Under the pieces are notes generated by a model. That model worked only from the letters and a program-made list of their open reading frames with translations. It had not been told where the DNA came from and ran no database searches. From Blastocystis sp. Blastoise (taxonomy: Eukaryota > Protista > Bigyra: Opalinata): a stretch of 64,000 nt of DNA. Made by a program: the position numbers and the translations under genes. How positions within the stretch are numbered: the stretch's first letter is position 1; every line of letters starts with the position of its first letter. Positions 15,398 through 29,096 of this stretch are shown piece by piece. The stretch is taken from NCBI GenBank assembly GCA_039096225.1, contig JBBPEB010000009.1, positions 310,001 through 374,000 on the forward strand, given 5' to 3'.

Positions 15398-15671
15398 GAG
15401 CAACAGGTTGAGCAACAGAATATCCTCCATTATAGCACGTGACAAATTCATCAGTGCACGTGTCGATAGCAATAGATCCATCTTCAGTAACACAATATAT
15501 TCCTTCACCAACACAATCTGAAAAGAAAGATAATATAGAGTATATATAATATAGTATAATGTATTTACATGTATATACTATATATATATATATGATATAT
15601 ATATATATACCATCACTATGAGGACAAGCAGAAGCAAGGATTTGTTCACCATTATAACATTTAGTACCCGC

Positions 15672-15703
<32 letters not shown>

Positions 15704-15927
15704 GTATTCATATAATAATAATAATAATGTTATTATATATATATATATATACCAGCAACCGGCATAGGATCAGAGTTAACACCATTAGAGCACGTGATAT
15801 AGTGATCAGTGCACGTGTTCACAGTTTGAACACCAGCATCAGTGACACATTTAATTCCCGTGAAAGTACAATCTATATATTTATTGGAATAAATATGTAG
15901 ATATTAAATTCTATTATTAGAATAAAG

Positions 15928-15971
<44 letters not shown>

Positions 15972-16562
15972 TAGTAGCAGCACATTCATCAGTATTAATT
16001 AACACACCATCTTTACATTGAGTTCCTACTATATATATATAATTGATATTCATAATCATATGTATATATAGGTATTAATATAAAAATATAACATATACAG
16101 ATGGATAAGTATTAGTTATATATATATATATACAAGGTACAATTTCGGGTTCAGTATAAGCACCACTAGCAGTACATTGAGCAAAGTAGTTTGTACAGGA
16201 TCCAGTAATAATGTTACCCGCACAATCGACGCACTTGATTTCTTCTTCGACGCACCCTCCCTCACATTCTTCAGTAGTTATCAATACATTATTACGACAC
16301 TTCGTACCCGCTATATATATAGGATATTTAATATAGGAAGGCATATTGAAAGATATAGAAGAGAAATAGACAAGAAAAAGAATATATATATAAACATATA
16401 TATATATACGAGCAACAGGTTGTTTTTCAGTGATGAGACCTCCTGCGTCACACTCAACGAACCAATCAGTGCAAGTATCTACAACGACGACACTGTCGTC
16501 ATTAACGCATTTTATACCTTCAAAAGAACATTCTAAAGATAAATAATAATAATAATAATAAT

Positions 16563-16601
<39 letters not shown>

Positions 16602-17051
16602 AGAAGAAGAGCAGGAAGCAGCTGAGACGATTTCATTATTATAGCATTTAGTACCTTCTACATATATATATAGCATAATAATATTGTCTTCATATATAAT
16701 AATATAATAACTATATATATATACCAGCAACAGGTTCAACAATACTGAGCGTTCCTTCTTCGCACATGCGATAGTAGGCCGTACATTGATTCTCAACGTA
16801 ATTGCCAGCGACATCGGAACAATGAATGCCTTCAAAAGTACATACTATATATAGTATATATCATAGTATACAAATAAAATGATGTATATATATAATATTA
16901 TAGATAATGTAAACTATGTTCTATAATTAAAAAAGAAGCGAAATATAAAAAGACTAAATGTTTATATATATATATATATATATATACAGTTCTGAGTGTC
17001 AGGACATTCGCTGTAACCGACCAATTCACCATCTTTACATTGAGTACCCTC

Positions 17052-17086
<35 letters not shown>

Positions 17087-18268
17087 TAATAATGAATAAA
17101 CAAATAAGGAAATATAATTGAATAAAATAACTATATATATATATATACTAGCTACAGCCATAGGGTCAGTTAATTTGCCGTTAGAGCACATGACGTAACG
17201 GTCAGTACATTCTCCAGTAACGATTTCCGCAAGATTATCGACACATTGGATACCTTCAAAGCTACATTCTATATAGATATAGTTATATATATAGTTATTT
17301 TGAAGAGATCAAATAGAGTATGGATTATAATCTATATAATATATATAATCTATATAATCTATATAATCTATATAATCTATATAATATATATATACCAGGG
17401 CAGTTACCAGTATAAACTAATCTATCATTTCTACATACATAATCATCTATATACATATATTATAATAATAATAAACATAATGAACAGAATATACTTGAAG
17501 TCTTTAAAAGAGTTGATAACTTTTCATTTTCACAATAGCGATAACTATATATATAATAATATATATAATTCTCTTGTTAAAACAGTAATAAACAGTGCCA
17601 CTTAAATGTAATAAGCAGATATAAGTATTTATTAGCGTATATATATGTAATATATATGTAATATATATATACTATTGAGTCTCTTCTACAGTTCGAACTC
17701 CATTCTTCGTATAACATCGTAAACCGTTAAATTCGCATGCTATATATATATATACATCAATTATATTATATAATTATAACTAAAAATTTAATCAATCAAT
17801 AAATATATATATATATTCTAAATATATAGATTCATAAAAATATATACTTTCTTCTTCTTGATGACCACAACGATTTGAAGCGACGAATCCTCCTTTATAG
17901 CATTTCATTCCAGCTAAATAGTATGAAGAATAAATAATATATAAATAAATCACTTATAAAAATTTTAAGGCAAAACATACATTGAACAGCCTTGACATCA
18001 ACACTCTTTTGTTCTTTACATGATATATAACTATATATTAATCAAATTAGCTTTATAATGTCTTGCAGAGAAGAGATTCATACAAATTAGTACAATCATC
18101 GGGATATGGAATGCCCTTTCCATCACTACATTCAATGCCTTTAAAAGTGCATTCTATGGATATAATAGTAAATTGAATTTATTTAATAATACTTGGGTTC
18201 TTGAAGCCTTCACCAGAGCATAAAGCTAAGGTTATTAACAAAATTACAAAGTAATTGCGACGTAACAT
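9356..18268 (-). CDS. Secreted protein of about 25 tandem ~60-aa six-Cys repeats (loosely peritrophin-A/ChtBD2-like), about 43 exons
   Basis: Signal peptide MLRRNYFVILLITLALCSG. Repeat consensus C-x-Y-E-G-I-K-C-V-x3-G-x6-C-T-x2-Y-V-E-C-x2-G-x-E-T-D-P-L-P-V-A-x-G-S-K-C-x-N-x-E-I-I-L-E-S-x-C. Junctions checked are GT-AG, mostly phase 1. Ends GKGLRGKNAPLLCKKAV*. Confidence 0.85.
11675..12090. repeat. Intronic 9-10-bp minisatellite (AAATATCAAT / AAATATTAT)n
   Basis: About 40 tandem units in one intron of the Cys-repeat gene. Confidence 0.9.
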
Positions 18269-18877
18269 GAGCGTATTTAAACACTAGTTAAAAAATATCA
18301 ATATGAATATTTTTTTGTAAGATATTGGTGAACCATATTCATTAAAAGATTATCTAGAAGAAACATTGAAAAAGAAGAAAAACAAAAACGAAGATAATCA
18401 GAAAACGTTTTATTGGAAAATCTAAGTTTTCTTCTTTTAAACAGCCAAGCAAACAATAGTATTTTTCTTAAGATCATTAGGTCATTCTATTGGGCAGTGC
18501 ACAACAAAAAATCAACAAAGAAAGAACCTTCGTTTCTAAAATGACTGTTGGTTGTCACGAAGGAATAGGAGAAAGAAGCTTTTCCATTCATGTCATTTCA
18601 TTTGAATGATCATAGAGTCATCGATATAATAATAGATCATCATCAAAAATGGAAATTGAAACTAATGGTATTACTAAGTATATATAACAGTCTTAGGAAC
18701 ACTCTAATGAAATAAATATTTATAAAAAAATGAATAAATAATATCAACACTGTGTCTGTTGGACATAAATCACAAAAAAGACGTGTACATTATTTTTCTA
18801 GAAGACAAGACGCAACTAGACGAAATAATAATTATTTTTTAGTCAAACACTTGTTTTTTGTTTTTATTTTAAGTAAC

Positions 18878-20710
18878 ATGGGTGGTCTTTTCTCTAAATT
18901 TCGAAGTGAGAAAGTGGAGACAATTGAAGATTGGGAAAAGCAAATGGAGAAATGCAAATTAGTATGTTTTGTTACATAAAATTATCTTTTATTCATTTAT
19001 TTCATATATAAATAGAGTGTACATACATATGATTTGAGAGAACAGAAGTATAAGAGAAGCGAAAAGTACTCGACATGGTTTTTTTATGGGTTTGCTGCTA
19101 TATCATCAATTATTTCTCTTTCTGTTGCTTACTTTCATCCTTCGTTTCTGAAATGTGTTTATGCTTGGCTAATATTAGCTTCATTGAACGTAATTTTCTG
19201 GGTTTGCTCATTAGCATTTAGATTCTTAGTAGAACGAAATGCAGAACTGTCAAAGCAAGCAGAACAAGAAAAGACTTATCTTGTTGATAAATTATATGTA
19301 TTTATTTATAATCATTGTTTCTTAATATGTATATAGAATATAAATACTACAGTGAATGACTTAACACGTGTTTTGAAGAAGTATATTGTATTATTATATT
19401 TATTTTTATTGATTTTGATTATATTTATTTTTATTGATTTTGCTGATTCAATTTATTATGTTTAATTCTATTGATTTTATTTATTTTAGTTATTCTATTA
19501 ATAATTATAATTATATAGATATAACTTAGAGAATCGTTTAATAAATAATCCTATTCAGAAGGAATATCAAAGTGATATTACCAAGTTATGTAAAACAGTT
19601 GAACAATTATTATCTCTTCCTCTCTGTACTATATGCAAAGACTACCAAATGCAAGAAGTATATTATTTATTTTAGTTATTTTTATTTATATTTATTTATA
19701 TTTATTTATATTTTATTTATATTTATTTATATTTATTTATATTTATTTGTATTTATTTATATTTATTTATATTTATTTATATTTATTTATATATTTTTTT
19801 ATATTTTTATATTTATATATATACCTTTATCTGTACCTATATTACTTGAATATATTATCTATTTTTCCATTATTTAGAATATATAATTCTTTATTTTCAT
19901 ATTCATTATATATATCTAAACATATATTATACTAAACCTATATACAATATATATAGCGTCAAAAGATATTGAAGCAGCTTCCTGCAAAGTATATGACCAG
20001 ATTCTCGTCCATTCAACCTCGTGAAGTCACAGAAATACATAATTCTTTGGATGATAAAGATATCCATTCTATTCTCTATTCTCTATATTCTCTATATTCT
20101 ATTTATAATCATACTCTATATAATAGTATCTTAATAAATGTTTACTAATGTCCTTTTTAAATCCTGATTATACCAATCAACGTATATATATATTATATAT
20201 ATATATATATATATGATATCACTACTCTCCTTTATATATATATATATCCTTTTCTTCCTCTATATAGCATCTATGTCTTATTCTCCTATGTATTACTATG
20301 CTTCTCCTAATAATAATTATCCATATTCTACTAATTATGGATCTCCTGTGCCATCCTATCCTATGACGAATATACCGTCATTACCAAGTATCATTGGTCC
20401 CTCTAGCGCTTCCTTGAGTACTGTGTCTCAAACACAAATAGAAAATGGAGAAACTGTGGATACTTCAAAGGATCAATCTCATGAATCTTCTGAACTTCCT
20501 GCGAACACTGTTAAAGAAACAATCGCTGATACAAACAATAATAGTCAAGAGGAGACACAAACTTTAGATTCTAAACCTAAAGAAACAGTGTCAGATGTTT
20601 CGGAAGAAAAAGACACTATAAAGAATGAATCTGAATTATCTAAAGAACCCGAAGTCATTTCTTTAGAAGAAGAAAAAACTAGTCAATTACGTAAACGAGG
20701 GAAGAATTAA
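18878..20710 (+). CDS. Lunapark-like ER membrane protein (N-myristoylation motif, coiled coil, 2 TM), acidic low-complexity C-terminus
   Basis: Starts MGGLFSKFR, then a coiled coil, two closely spaced TM helices and ERNAEL...EKTYLVDKL...LTRVLKKY matching the Lunapark N-terminal layout. No C4 zinc finger seen. Confidence 0.55.
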
Positions 20711-20898
20711 ACATAAAATTATTATTATATTATATGGGATGATTAATTATTTAAGAATTTTATTTCTATAGTTGTTGTTTCTTTTCTTTTTTAAATGTCA
20801 ATATTTTTTTTTTATTAAATATAATATAAAACAAAACAACATTTCAATACACGCAATCATTAAAAATAAGGAATATATTATTATATATAACTTATAGT

Positions 20899-22437
20899 TT
20901 ATTGAGTATAACAACCACCGGGGTTACCAGGAGCAGAACGAGCACGAGCATTAAGAGAAGGAGCAGCTTGAATACCTCTTCTATTTAATAAGCATCTGAA
21001 GTTCATATATCTAGGTTTAGCATCTTCAAGATTAGTGACATCACGAGCAGACCAATATCTTTCAGCAAAAGCAGCAGCCTTAGGCCAGACAGTTTGAAGA
21101 AGATCAGAAACATCAACAGTTTCACTCCACATACAAGCTTCACCACCCATAATAAGATCTTGTTCTTCTTGTTTATCAATAAATTCAAAAGGTTCATCAT
21201 GATACATAGATTCCCAAGAAACATCTAAGTGATCAAGATAAATAGTAGGATCAGAAATAATACATCTATAACCATTAGCAACTACATCATTAGCAGTCTT
21301 CTTATTCATCCAAGTTTCAATGATAGATTTCTTATCTAAAGCAGTTCTGAAATTATTCCAAACTTCTTCCCAGAAAATACCATGTCTTTCATAACCAAGA
21401 ACAATTTCATGAGCTCTATTAACGAAATATTTATAAGTATCATGAGCAGTAAAGTTATTCTTATTCATCCATTCAACGATTCTATCAGTTCTACTCCAAC
21501 AACCAGTATCAACTTCATCACCACCAAGATGATAATATTCATCAGGGAAAATACCTTGATCTACAGATTTACCAGACCATTCACCAAGAATAGAAGAAAT
21601 AGCTTCCCAAGTAACTTCAGAAGAAGGATCAAGAGGTTCACGACAAGTTTGAGAAGGACAAGCTTCAGGAATACCAGTACACCAAGAAGATTCATGTCCA
21701 GGAACATCCATTTCAGGAACTACACGAACACCTCTCTTACGACCATATTCGACAATATCTTTCATATCTTGAATAGTATATTTCTCATATTCAGAATAAG
21801 CACCATCCCAGAAATGAGGGAAAGTTTCAGATTCAGAAGGTTGAGATTGAGAATCAGTAATATGCCAATGGAGAACATTAATCTTAGCATAAGTGAAAGA
21901 ATCAATAAGCTTCTTAAGAGAAGGAACAGATTCATAATGTCTAGAAGTATCCATTAAAACACCACGATGAGAGAAACGAGGAGAATCAGAAATCTTCCAA
22001 GGAGCATTAGCAATAACGAAAAGTTTTTGATAATAATCATAAGTAATCATTTGGGAAAGGGTTTCGAAAGCATGATAAGCACCATAAACAGTCTTAGCAG
22101 TAATTTCAACGGGTTCCTTAGCACCAGAAACAGTAAGAGTATAAGATTCATCAACACCAAGCTTAAGAGCAGCCTTTAAATCTTCAACAGCAACATGTAC
22201 TTCAATAATAGAACCTTCAGGAGCTTCAACAGTACTATGATCAAAAGTTAAATCATAGAATCTCTTGAAACCATCAGTAAGATCTTCACTTAAATCATCA
22301 CCAGAAAGTTTTAAGTTCTTATGGTTTACAATATAACTTTCAGTACCATTGAGATACTCTTGAGGAAGAGGCCATATCCAGGGTTGCCATACAGCACTAG
22401 CAACAGCAGCAAGTAAAACTAAACAAAAGAATTTCAT
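20899..22437 (-). CDS. Beta-N-acetylhexosaminidase, GH20, secreted, intronless
   Basis: Signal MKFFCLVLLAAVASA, IWPLPQ, DSPRFSHRGVLMDTSRHY, NVLHWH, PEMDVPGH, catalytic HLGGDEV, GGEACMWSE. Confidence 0.95.
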   Translation of the reverse strand: MKFFCLVLLAAVASAVWQPWIWPLPQEYLNGTESYIVNHKNLKLSGDDLSEDLTDGFKRFYDLTFDHSTVEAPEGSIIEVHVAVEDLKAALKLGVDESYTLTVSGAKEPVEITAKTVYGAYHAFETLSQMITYDYYQKLFVIANAPWKISDSPRFSHRGVLMDTSRHYESVPSLKKLIDSFTYAKINVLHWHITDSQSQPSESETFPHFWDGAYSEYEKYTIQDMKDIVEYGRKRGVRVVPEMDVPGHESSWCTGIPEACPSQTCREPLDPSSEVTWEAISSILGEWSGKSVDQGIFPDEYYHLGGDEVDTGCWSRTDRIVEWMNKNNFTAHDTYKYFVNRAHEIVLGYERHGIFWEEVWNNFRTALDKKSIIETWMNKKTANDVVANGYRCIISDPTIYLDHLDVSWESMYHDEPFEFIDKQEEQDLIMGGEACMWSETVDVSDLLQTVWPKAAAFAERYWSARDVTNLEDAKPRYMNFRCLLNRRGIQAAPSLNARARSAPGNPGGCYTQ

Positions 22438-23849
22438 TTTACAATAAAACAAAACAAAAGAATAATGAAAAAGAAAACCAAGACATAATAACAAAAATAA
22501 CAACCAAATTTGTGGAAGAAACCTCGATTTGCGTCCATTAGCCAATTATCGGTTAATATCAGCATGACACTGCAATCGAAATATAGAATCTTCTTGAAAA
22601 TTCTTCTATGAAAAATGATTGGCTATTATTCTTTTTTTGTTTCTCAGTTTTTATGAAATAATGTTTTATTTATAATTGTGTATTTCTGTATATACATGAC
22701 ACAGTATTACACATAAGATATTGTTCTTATTCACCAAATATTGTTCTTCTTCAATTGTCATTGACTCTAAATAGCGTGTTGTCATTCAATTAATGACGAG
22801 TTCACTCACAACTTGTTCAAGAAAAACAAGAACAAAAAAGAAAAACACTTGAGTTACCATCTCTTAATGGCTACTTTATTGATAATTTATATATTATTAG
22901 TTGTTTGTATTCAAAATACAGTTTTTTTCTTAATTATTCAGATATCTATTAAAGAAATTTAGTCAATGAATTCTTTGGTTTCAAAGAAAACAAGCGAAAA
23001 ATGTTGAAATGATCAAAATAAATAATTTTGCATAGAAATGTATATAGGAATAATTAATTGAAAAGAAGAAACATAAGGATAATAGTAATTTGTCATGAGT
23101 CCATGAACGTCGACAGGAAAAATAAAATATCTAAGATTATTTAGATGTAATGAGTAATTGAAATAAATGTATTTGGACATGACAGACGGAGCCAAAATGA
23201 TACAGTAGAACTATTGTACTCAAATATATATGCTAATAAGTTGCTAAAAAGACAAAGGTATATATTATAGATACAATGGATAATATTCTATTATTTTTAA
23301 AAACATTAATAATTTAAAAAATGAAATACGAAAAATAAATATATTTTTTATGGAACAATTTTATTTTTTTAGTTTTAACATTATTTATAATTCATTTTGT
23401 ATATTTTTAACAGGGGATATCATTTATAAGAGGATATTCTTGTATGTGTGTTATATAAAATGAGAGGAGTGTGATAGTAAACATGTGATGAGTTCATGTG
23501 AAATAAGAAATCTTCAAATAGTTCATAATAATAATTTTTCACATATGGTATTTTAAGTATTTTTCTAAATTAGATTGTAATTAAAAGAATTCCTTGTTGA
23601 AAGAATGCAATTGAGTTTAGAATGAACTTATAATCATTTTTACAAGGATAATACAGTCCATATAATTATTCTAAAGACAATGATATCATGTTTATAGAGT
23701 TTATTTCGTGTAAACAGACAGAAATAGTTCAACCTTTGTGAAGAACATAAATCAATTCAATAAATTTGTTTCGTGACTGAATTCTTGAACTTCTCTTTTA
23801 AAGAATACAGTTTTCTTATATATTTAAATCTTTAACTATTTAATTACAT

Positions 23850-24301
23850 ATGCAAAACAATTACAATATAACATATCCAATGGCAGAATACGCTTATCCT
23901 GTATCTTCTGCAGGAAATGATCAAATTTCAATGATCAATTCTTCGGTATCTTATGAACCAGCCCAGATTCCTGTGATAAATAAAGTAGACTATTCAAATC
24001 AGAATTATCAGCAACCTCAACCTTCTGGTTCTTCATTTGTACCTATAATTCCTCAAGGATCATCACAAGAGGTTCCAATCTATGTCCCAGTAGTTATGAA
24101 CAAGAACAATATACAACCAGTACCAGTATTAACACCAACTGAAAAGAATTTACTTGATTTTAAGACTATTACTATTGAGATTAATACTGACAGTATATTT
24201 GTAGGACGTACTTTTGATTGGAAAATAGGTGCTAATACTGTCACTACTCAAGGATATCCAACAATTTATTGGATACTATTTGTATATATAAAGACATATA
24301 A

Positions 24302-24346
<45 letters not shown>

Positions 24347-25182
24347 TTTGTTTTATATAAATAAATAAATATATAATTATATCTATCAATATAACATCCA
24401 TTGAATTTAAAATAATTATTATTATTATATATATATATATATGTATATATAGGGAAAGGAAAAAGAGGCTTTTTGGAGTCAATCAACCGATCTTGATTTG
24501 ACTGATAATAACGGTTATTCTATTTCTTTCTCTCTTTATACTACTTGTGGGATTATTGATCTTTAAATATATTTGTATTCTATATTTATATATATTAGTG
24601 ACTCTATATAATTTACATTCTATTTTGAAAAAAAAATATATATATATATATATAATGTAGGTGGAATAAAATGTTCTGTAGCTGTTAATCACGTACCTAT
24701 AGGTTCTGTGACTACATCTTATTCTTCGTGTAGTATTAGTTTTATTGTTTCAGATATATCAAATAATCCCATTATGACTATTCAGAGAGATAATATATGT
24801 GATATCTATAGGAGTTATTCCATTTATCATGATATACAAGGCACAACTGGCTCCATTCATGCGACATCATCCTCTCTAACTGACTTATATGTATATATAT
24901 AACATATATATATAATATATATATACATAAATAACACATATATATACATAAATAACATATATATATACATAAATATATATATAAATGACACATTTATAGC
25001 TTCTTTACATAACTCTGCTATTATCTATATTATATCTATTTCTTTCTCTCTATTCAACTGGGTATACTTTAGAGAAGCCGGATAGATGTTCTATTAACGA
25101 CACTATTCTACTTATAGCTGCTATTTGCACACTTAATTTGAATTATACAATCATTCAATCATTTGATTTATATTGCTATTAA
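23850..25182 (+). CDS. Phospholipid scramblase/tubby-C-like protein with a Pro/Gln-rich N-terminus
   Basis: P/Q/Y-rich leader, beta-rich exons, C-terminal YTLEKP...DTILLIAAICTLNLNY helix typical of scramblase/LURP/tubby folds. The last acceptor is ambiguous. Confidence 0.5.
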
Positions 25183-25706
25183 TAACTATATATATTATTA
25201 TTATTATTTATTTCATTTATTATTAATCTCTATTGTCTATTTAGTGAACGACAAAGATAATAAATGCTCTAATTCAGTTATTTATAAGAACACTCTCATT
25301 TATTCTGAATTATTATTGGGAAAACCATTTCTTTTCTCTTATTGTCTTTCCTCTTCGTTTATTTACTCCTTCTTTCTATTTTATTTCTTTTTATTCACAA
25401 TAGAATCCTTTTTAAATCTCTTCTTCTACTGATCTATTGCGCTATGCTTATTTTTTTAATTGATTGCAATTATTCTTTCTTTCTTTCATTGCATGTTCTT
25501 TATTTAATTTGTAATTTTTTTTTGTATAAAACAAAGGTATCATGATCTATTCTCTACATATAAAAAATCATGTTATTTAACTTTATTAGAACTTTATTTA
25601 AAAACAAAAAAAAAAAAAACCTTTTGGAATACAATTAAACTTCCACGATTACAAAACTACTTTTTTTTCTTCATGCTCAAAATATATTTTTGCTTCTTTT
25701 TAATAA

Positions 25707-28700
25707 ATGTCGGCTGCTCAGAGTGATTTAGAAATTATCAATAGAAAGAAGATGCTGAAAAACATATGGGCATCTTGCTTTAGTAATCTAGTTAGTGGTT
25801 ATAATTTATGTGTCATTAACATTGTTGTCGAGATTATGAGTGATGTTTATGTATTGATATAGGATAAATATACATACTCATTTGTTATTACTAATTCTTC
25901 TTTATAGGGTAAAGACAAAATTACGGATAATGTAAAAGGTATTTTATCTGCTTCTTCTCTCATTGGATGTGTGATTGGACAACTTCTCTTTGGATTTATT
26001 GGTGATCGTCTTGGTAGAAAAGCTGGATTTGTTTTATGTGGTGTCTTAACTATATTAGGTACTGTTGGCTGGTATGTTTTATTTTATTTTTTGGAATTAT
26101 ATAAATGTATATATGTATATGATTTCTATAGTTCCTTATCATTTGATATTGGTCCAGTTGATAAGATTTATTTTGTTATTTTATGGAGAATCTTCTTAGG
26201 ATTAGGCATTGGAGGGATTTATGTGATTTCCGCGGTTATGAGTACAGAGAGTGCAAGTAAGAAGAATAAGAAGATGGTCGGAGCCATTGTCTTCTTAATA
26301 TGTGAAATTGGCTGGGTATATATATAGAGAAAATACTATTTTTTATCTCTTATTGATATATAGTTAATAGCACCTTTTTTTTCTTGGATGTTTCTTATTG
26401 CATTCCCTCAACCAGAAGCTAAAGAATGGATTTGGAGAGTTCTGTTAGGTATATATATGCTATTATTATGCTTTTTATGTTTATTATTTTATATTATAGT
26501 ATTATTATGAAGTTTTATTATTAGCAATTAATAAACCAATATATATATATATATTTACTATTTAAATAAATTAATTATTCTATATATATAAATATCTTTA
26601 TTTATTACCCTTTTTATTTCATTTTGTTCGTATTTATTCATATAACATTATTTTATATGTATTCTACTTTCTATATATTGAAATTCTATATTCATCTTTC
26701 TATTACATATAAAGCATTATATATATATACCCGTTATTTCTATATTATATTAATACTATGCTATATGTATAGCTATTGGAGTTCTGCCTTGTATTGGCAT
26801 GCTTTGTGTTCAAAGCACAGAAACCAATATAACTACTCAACAAAAGAAAAATAAAGTATATATATATACATTCTTTTTTTAATCTTATGAATTTATCTCT
26901 ATTCTTTGTAAATAGAATATATTTTCCTTTTTTTTTGAATATTTTAGTTTTTTTTCTATAGATATATTTATATTTTATATACTTTTGTATATATTATTCT
27001 CCTTCCCTATCCCTCATTTCCTCCTTTCTCTATGAATTCCCTTCAAATCTCTCTTTCATCCTCAAACCTATTTTTCATTTTTCTTTATTTATTTATTTAT
27101 TTTACCCTTATTAGGATTCTTTGTCAGTTAATATTTTCTTATTTGCATTGCGCTTTCTTTTAGTTTTTCATTAGTTTTCTTTTTCTTTTTCTTTTTTCTT
27201 TTTCTTTTTCTTTTGATTAGTTTTTTCTTGTCCTTTATATAAATATATATTAGTATATATTTATTTATTTTATTTTTTGCTGTATTATTATTTTCAATGA
27301 ATTTATTATTATTAATATATATTGTTTTTTTCTACTTATTATTTTCTTTTATAATGTTGTGTTTTCCCCTCTTCTTCATCCTCTTCTTCCTCTTTCTCCT
27401 CTTTCCTTATTATTTCTCTTATATTCTGCTATTTTAAGGCTTCTCTTTATTGTATGCTATGCTATATGTATAGGAACAAAAAGTATGTACAATTCTATCC
27501 AATAAAAAGAACTTATTAAGGCTTATTGGTACTGGAGGCACGTGGCTTATTTATGATATCAATTGTTTTGGTCAACAATTATTTGCATCTACAGTTATCG
27601 ATTACATATTTCACGCTGATTATACAGTTATACTTAGTGCTCAATCTCTTTCATTATTTAATCTTGTAGCTGTCTTAGGCGCTATTGCTGCTATTTTTGT
27701 TATTGATCACATCGGACTGAGATATACACAAATTCAAGTATATATATAGTAATAAACATTCTATTGAGTATTATTTATAATAATATAGCTATTATTTTAC
27801 TATTAATCACATTTAATTATGTTTTATTATGTATTCTATATTCATTAGACTATTCCATATATATATATATATATATATAGGGCTTTATTGTTCGTGGTAT
27901 ATTATTTTTGATTATGGCTATCTTTATTCATTCTATTAAAGAAACACCAGCTTTTCTTATTACTCTGTATATATTTATATACAATTATTTATATGTGTTT
28001 TTTATATATGAAATATTTTTATTTTTGATGTATTTAAAATATTAATCATTATATTAATTCTATTAATTTTAGTTTCTTATTAATTCTATAAATTTTATAA
28101 ATTTTATAAATTTTATAAATTTTATAAATTTTATAAATTCAATTATTCTCCTTATACTTCATCTCTAGTTATTGTTTAACCTTCTTTTTCTCGAATTTGG
28201 GTCCAGGGTCGACTACTTATCTTTTACCTGCTGCTGCATTTCCCATGGAAATACGAGCAACTATGAATGGATTCTCTGCTGCATTAGGGAAAGTTGGAGC
28301 AGCTATAGGTACTTATGGATTTAAGGCATTAGCTAGTGTTCCAAATGGTGAACAAATTGTACATATATATATATATATATAATTATATGTTATTTATCCT
28401 ATTACAAAATAATATATATTAATTATTAATAAATATTACATTTTTATTAATATACTAAAATCGATCCATTTTAATTTTCTTTAGGTTATGTATATATCTG
28501 GTTGTTTAGCTTTAATAGCTGCAATTTGTACTTATTGTTTTGTCGATCGATCTGTGGATGAAGAAATATTTGAGAAACATAAGCAGTTGAAGAAGAAAAA
28601 TAGTCCGTCTTCTGATATATATAAGAATGAGATTTCTAGTAATACTGTTTCTATATCTATTTCTGATGAATCTAAAGATGAATCTAAAGATGAATCTAAA

Positions 28701-28850
28701 GATGAATCTAAAGATGAATTGAAAGATGAATTGAAAGATGAATTGAAAGATGAATTGAAAGATGAATTGAAAGATGAATTGAAAGATGAATTGAACAAAG
28801 AGAACAATCCAATAGAAAAGAGAAATAATATAAATGATTCAATTAAATAA
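25707..28850 (+). CDS. MFS phosphate/organophosphate:H+ symporter (PHO84/GIT1 family), 9 exons
   Basis: GQLLFGFIGDRLGRK, WRIFLGLGIGGIY, LIGTGGTWLIYD, GPGSTTYLLPAAAFP...IRATMNGFSAALGKVGA; all introns GT-AG. Confidence 0.9.
28665..28796 (+). repeat. Coding 12-bp tandem repeat: (DESK)4(DELK)6 in the transporter tail
   Basis: GATGAATCTAAA x4 followed by GATGAATTGAAA x6 and a partial unit. Confidence 0.95.
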
Positions 28851-29096
28851 TAGAAAACATAATATTAATTATATATCAATTCATTTTCTTCATTATTCAT
28901 TGATATATATTTTTAATCCTACCTTTGTTTTTTAAATATTTCTTTTTGTATTTGGTATAGTTTCTTCATATATATATATATATTTAAAATAATGATAACA
29001 CAACAATCATAAAACAAATAAACAATAAGAACAAAATAAAAAAGCTGAAAAGAAATAAATAAAAAAAAATGAATAAAAAAAGAAGAATAAACTCTA

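Noticed and set aside
21003-22179. Overlapping and antisense ORFs in the GH20 gene, and similar ones at 31882-33009
   Set aside because: Shadow frames caused by biased codon usage and low-complexity repeats of the real CDS.
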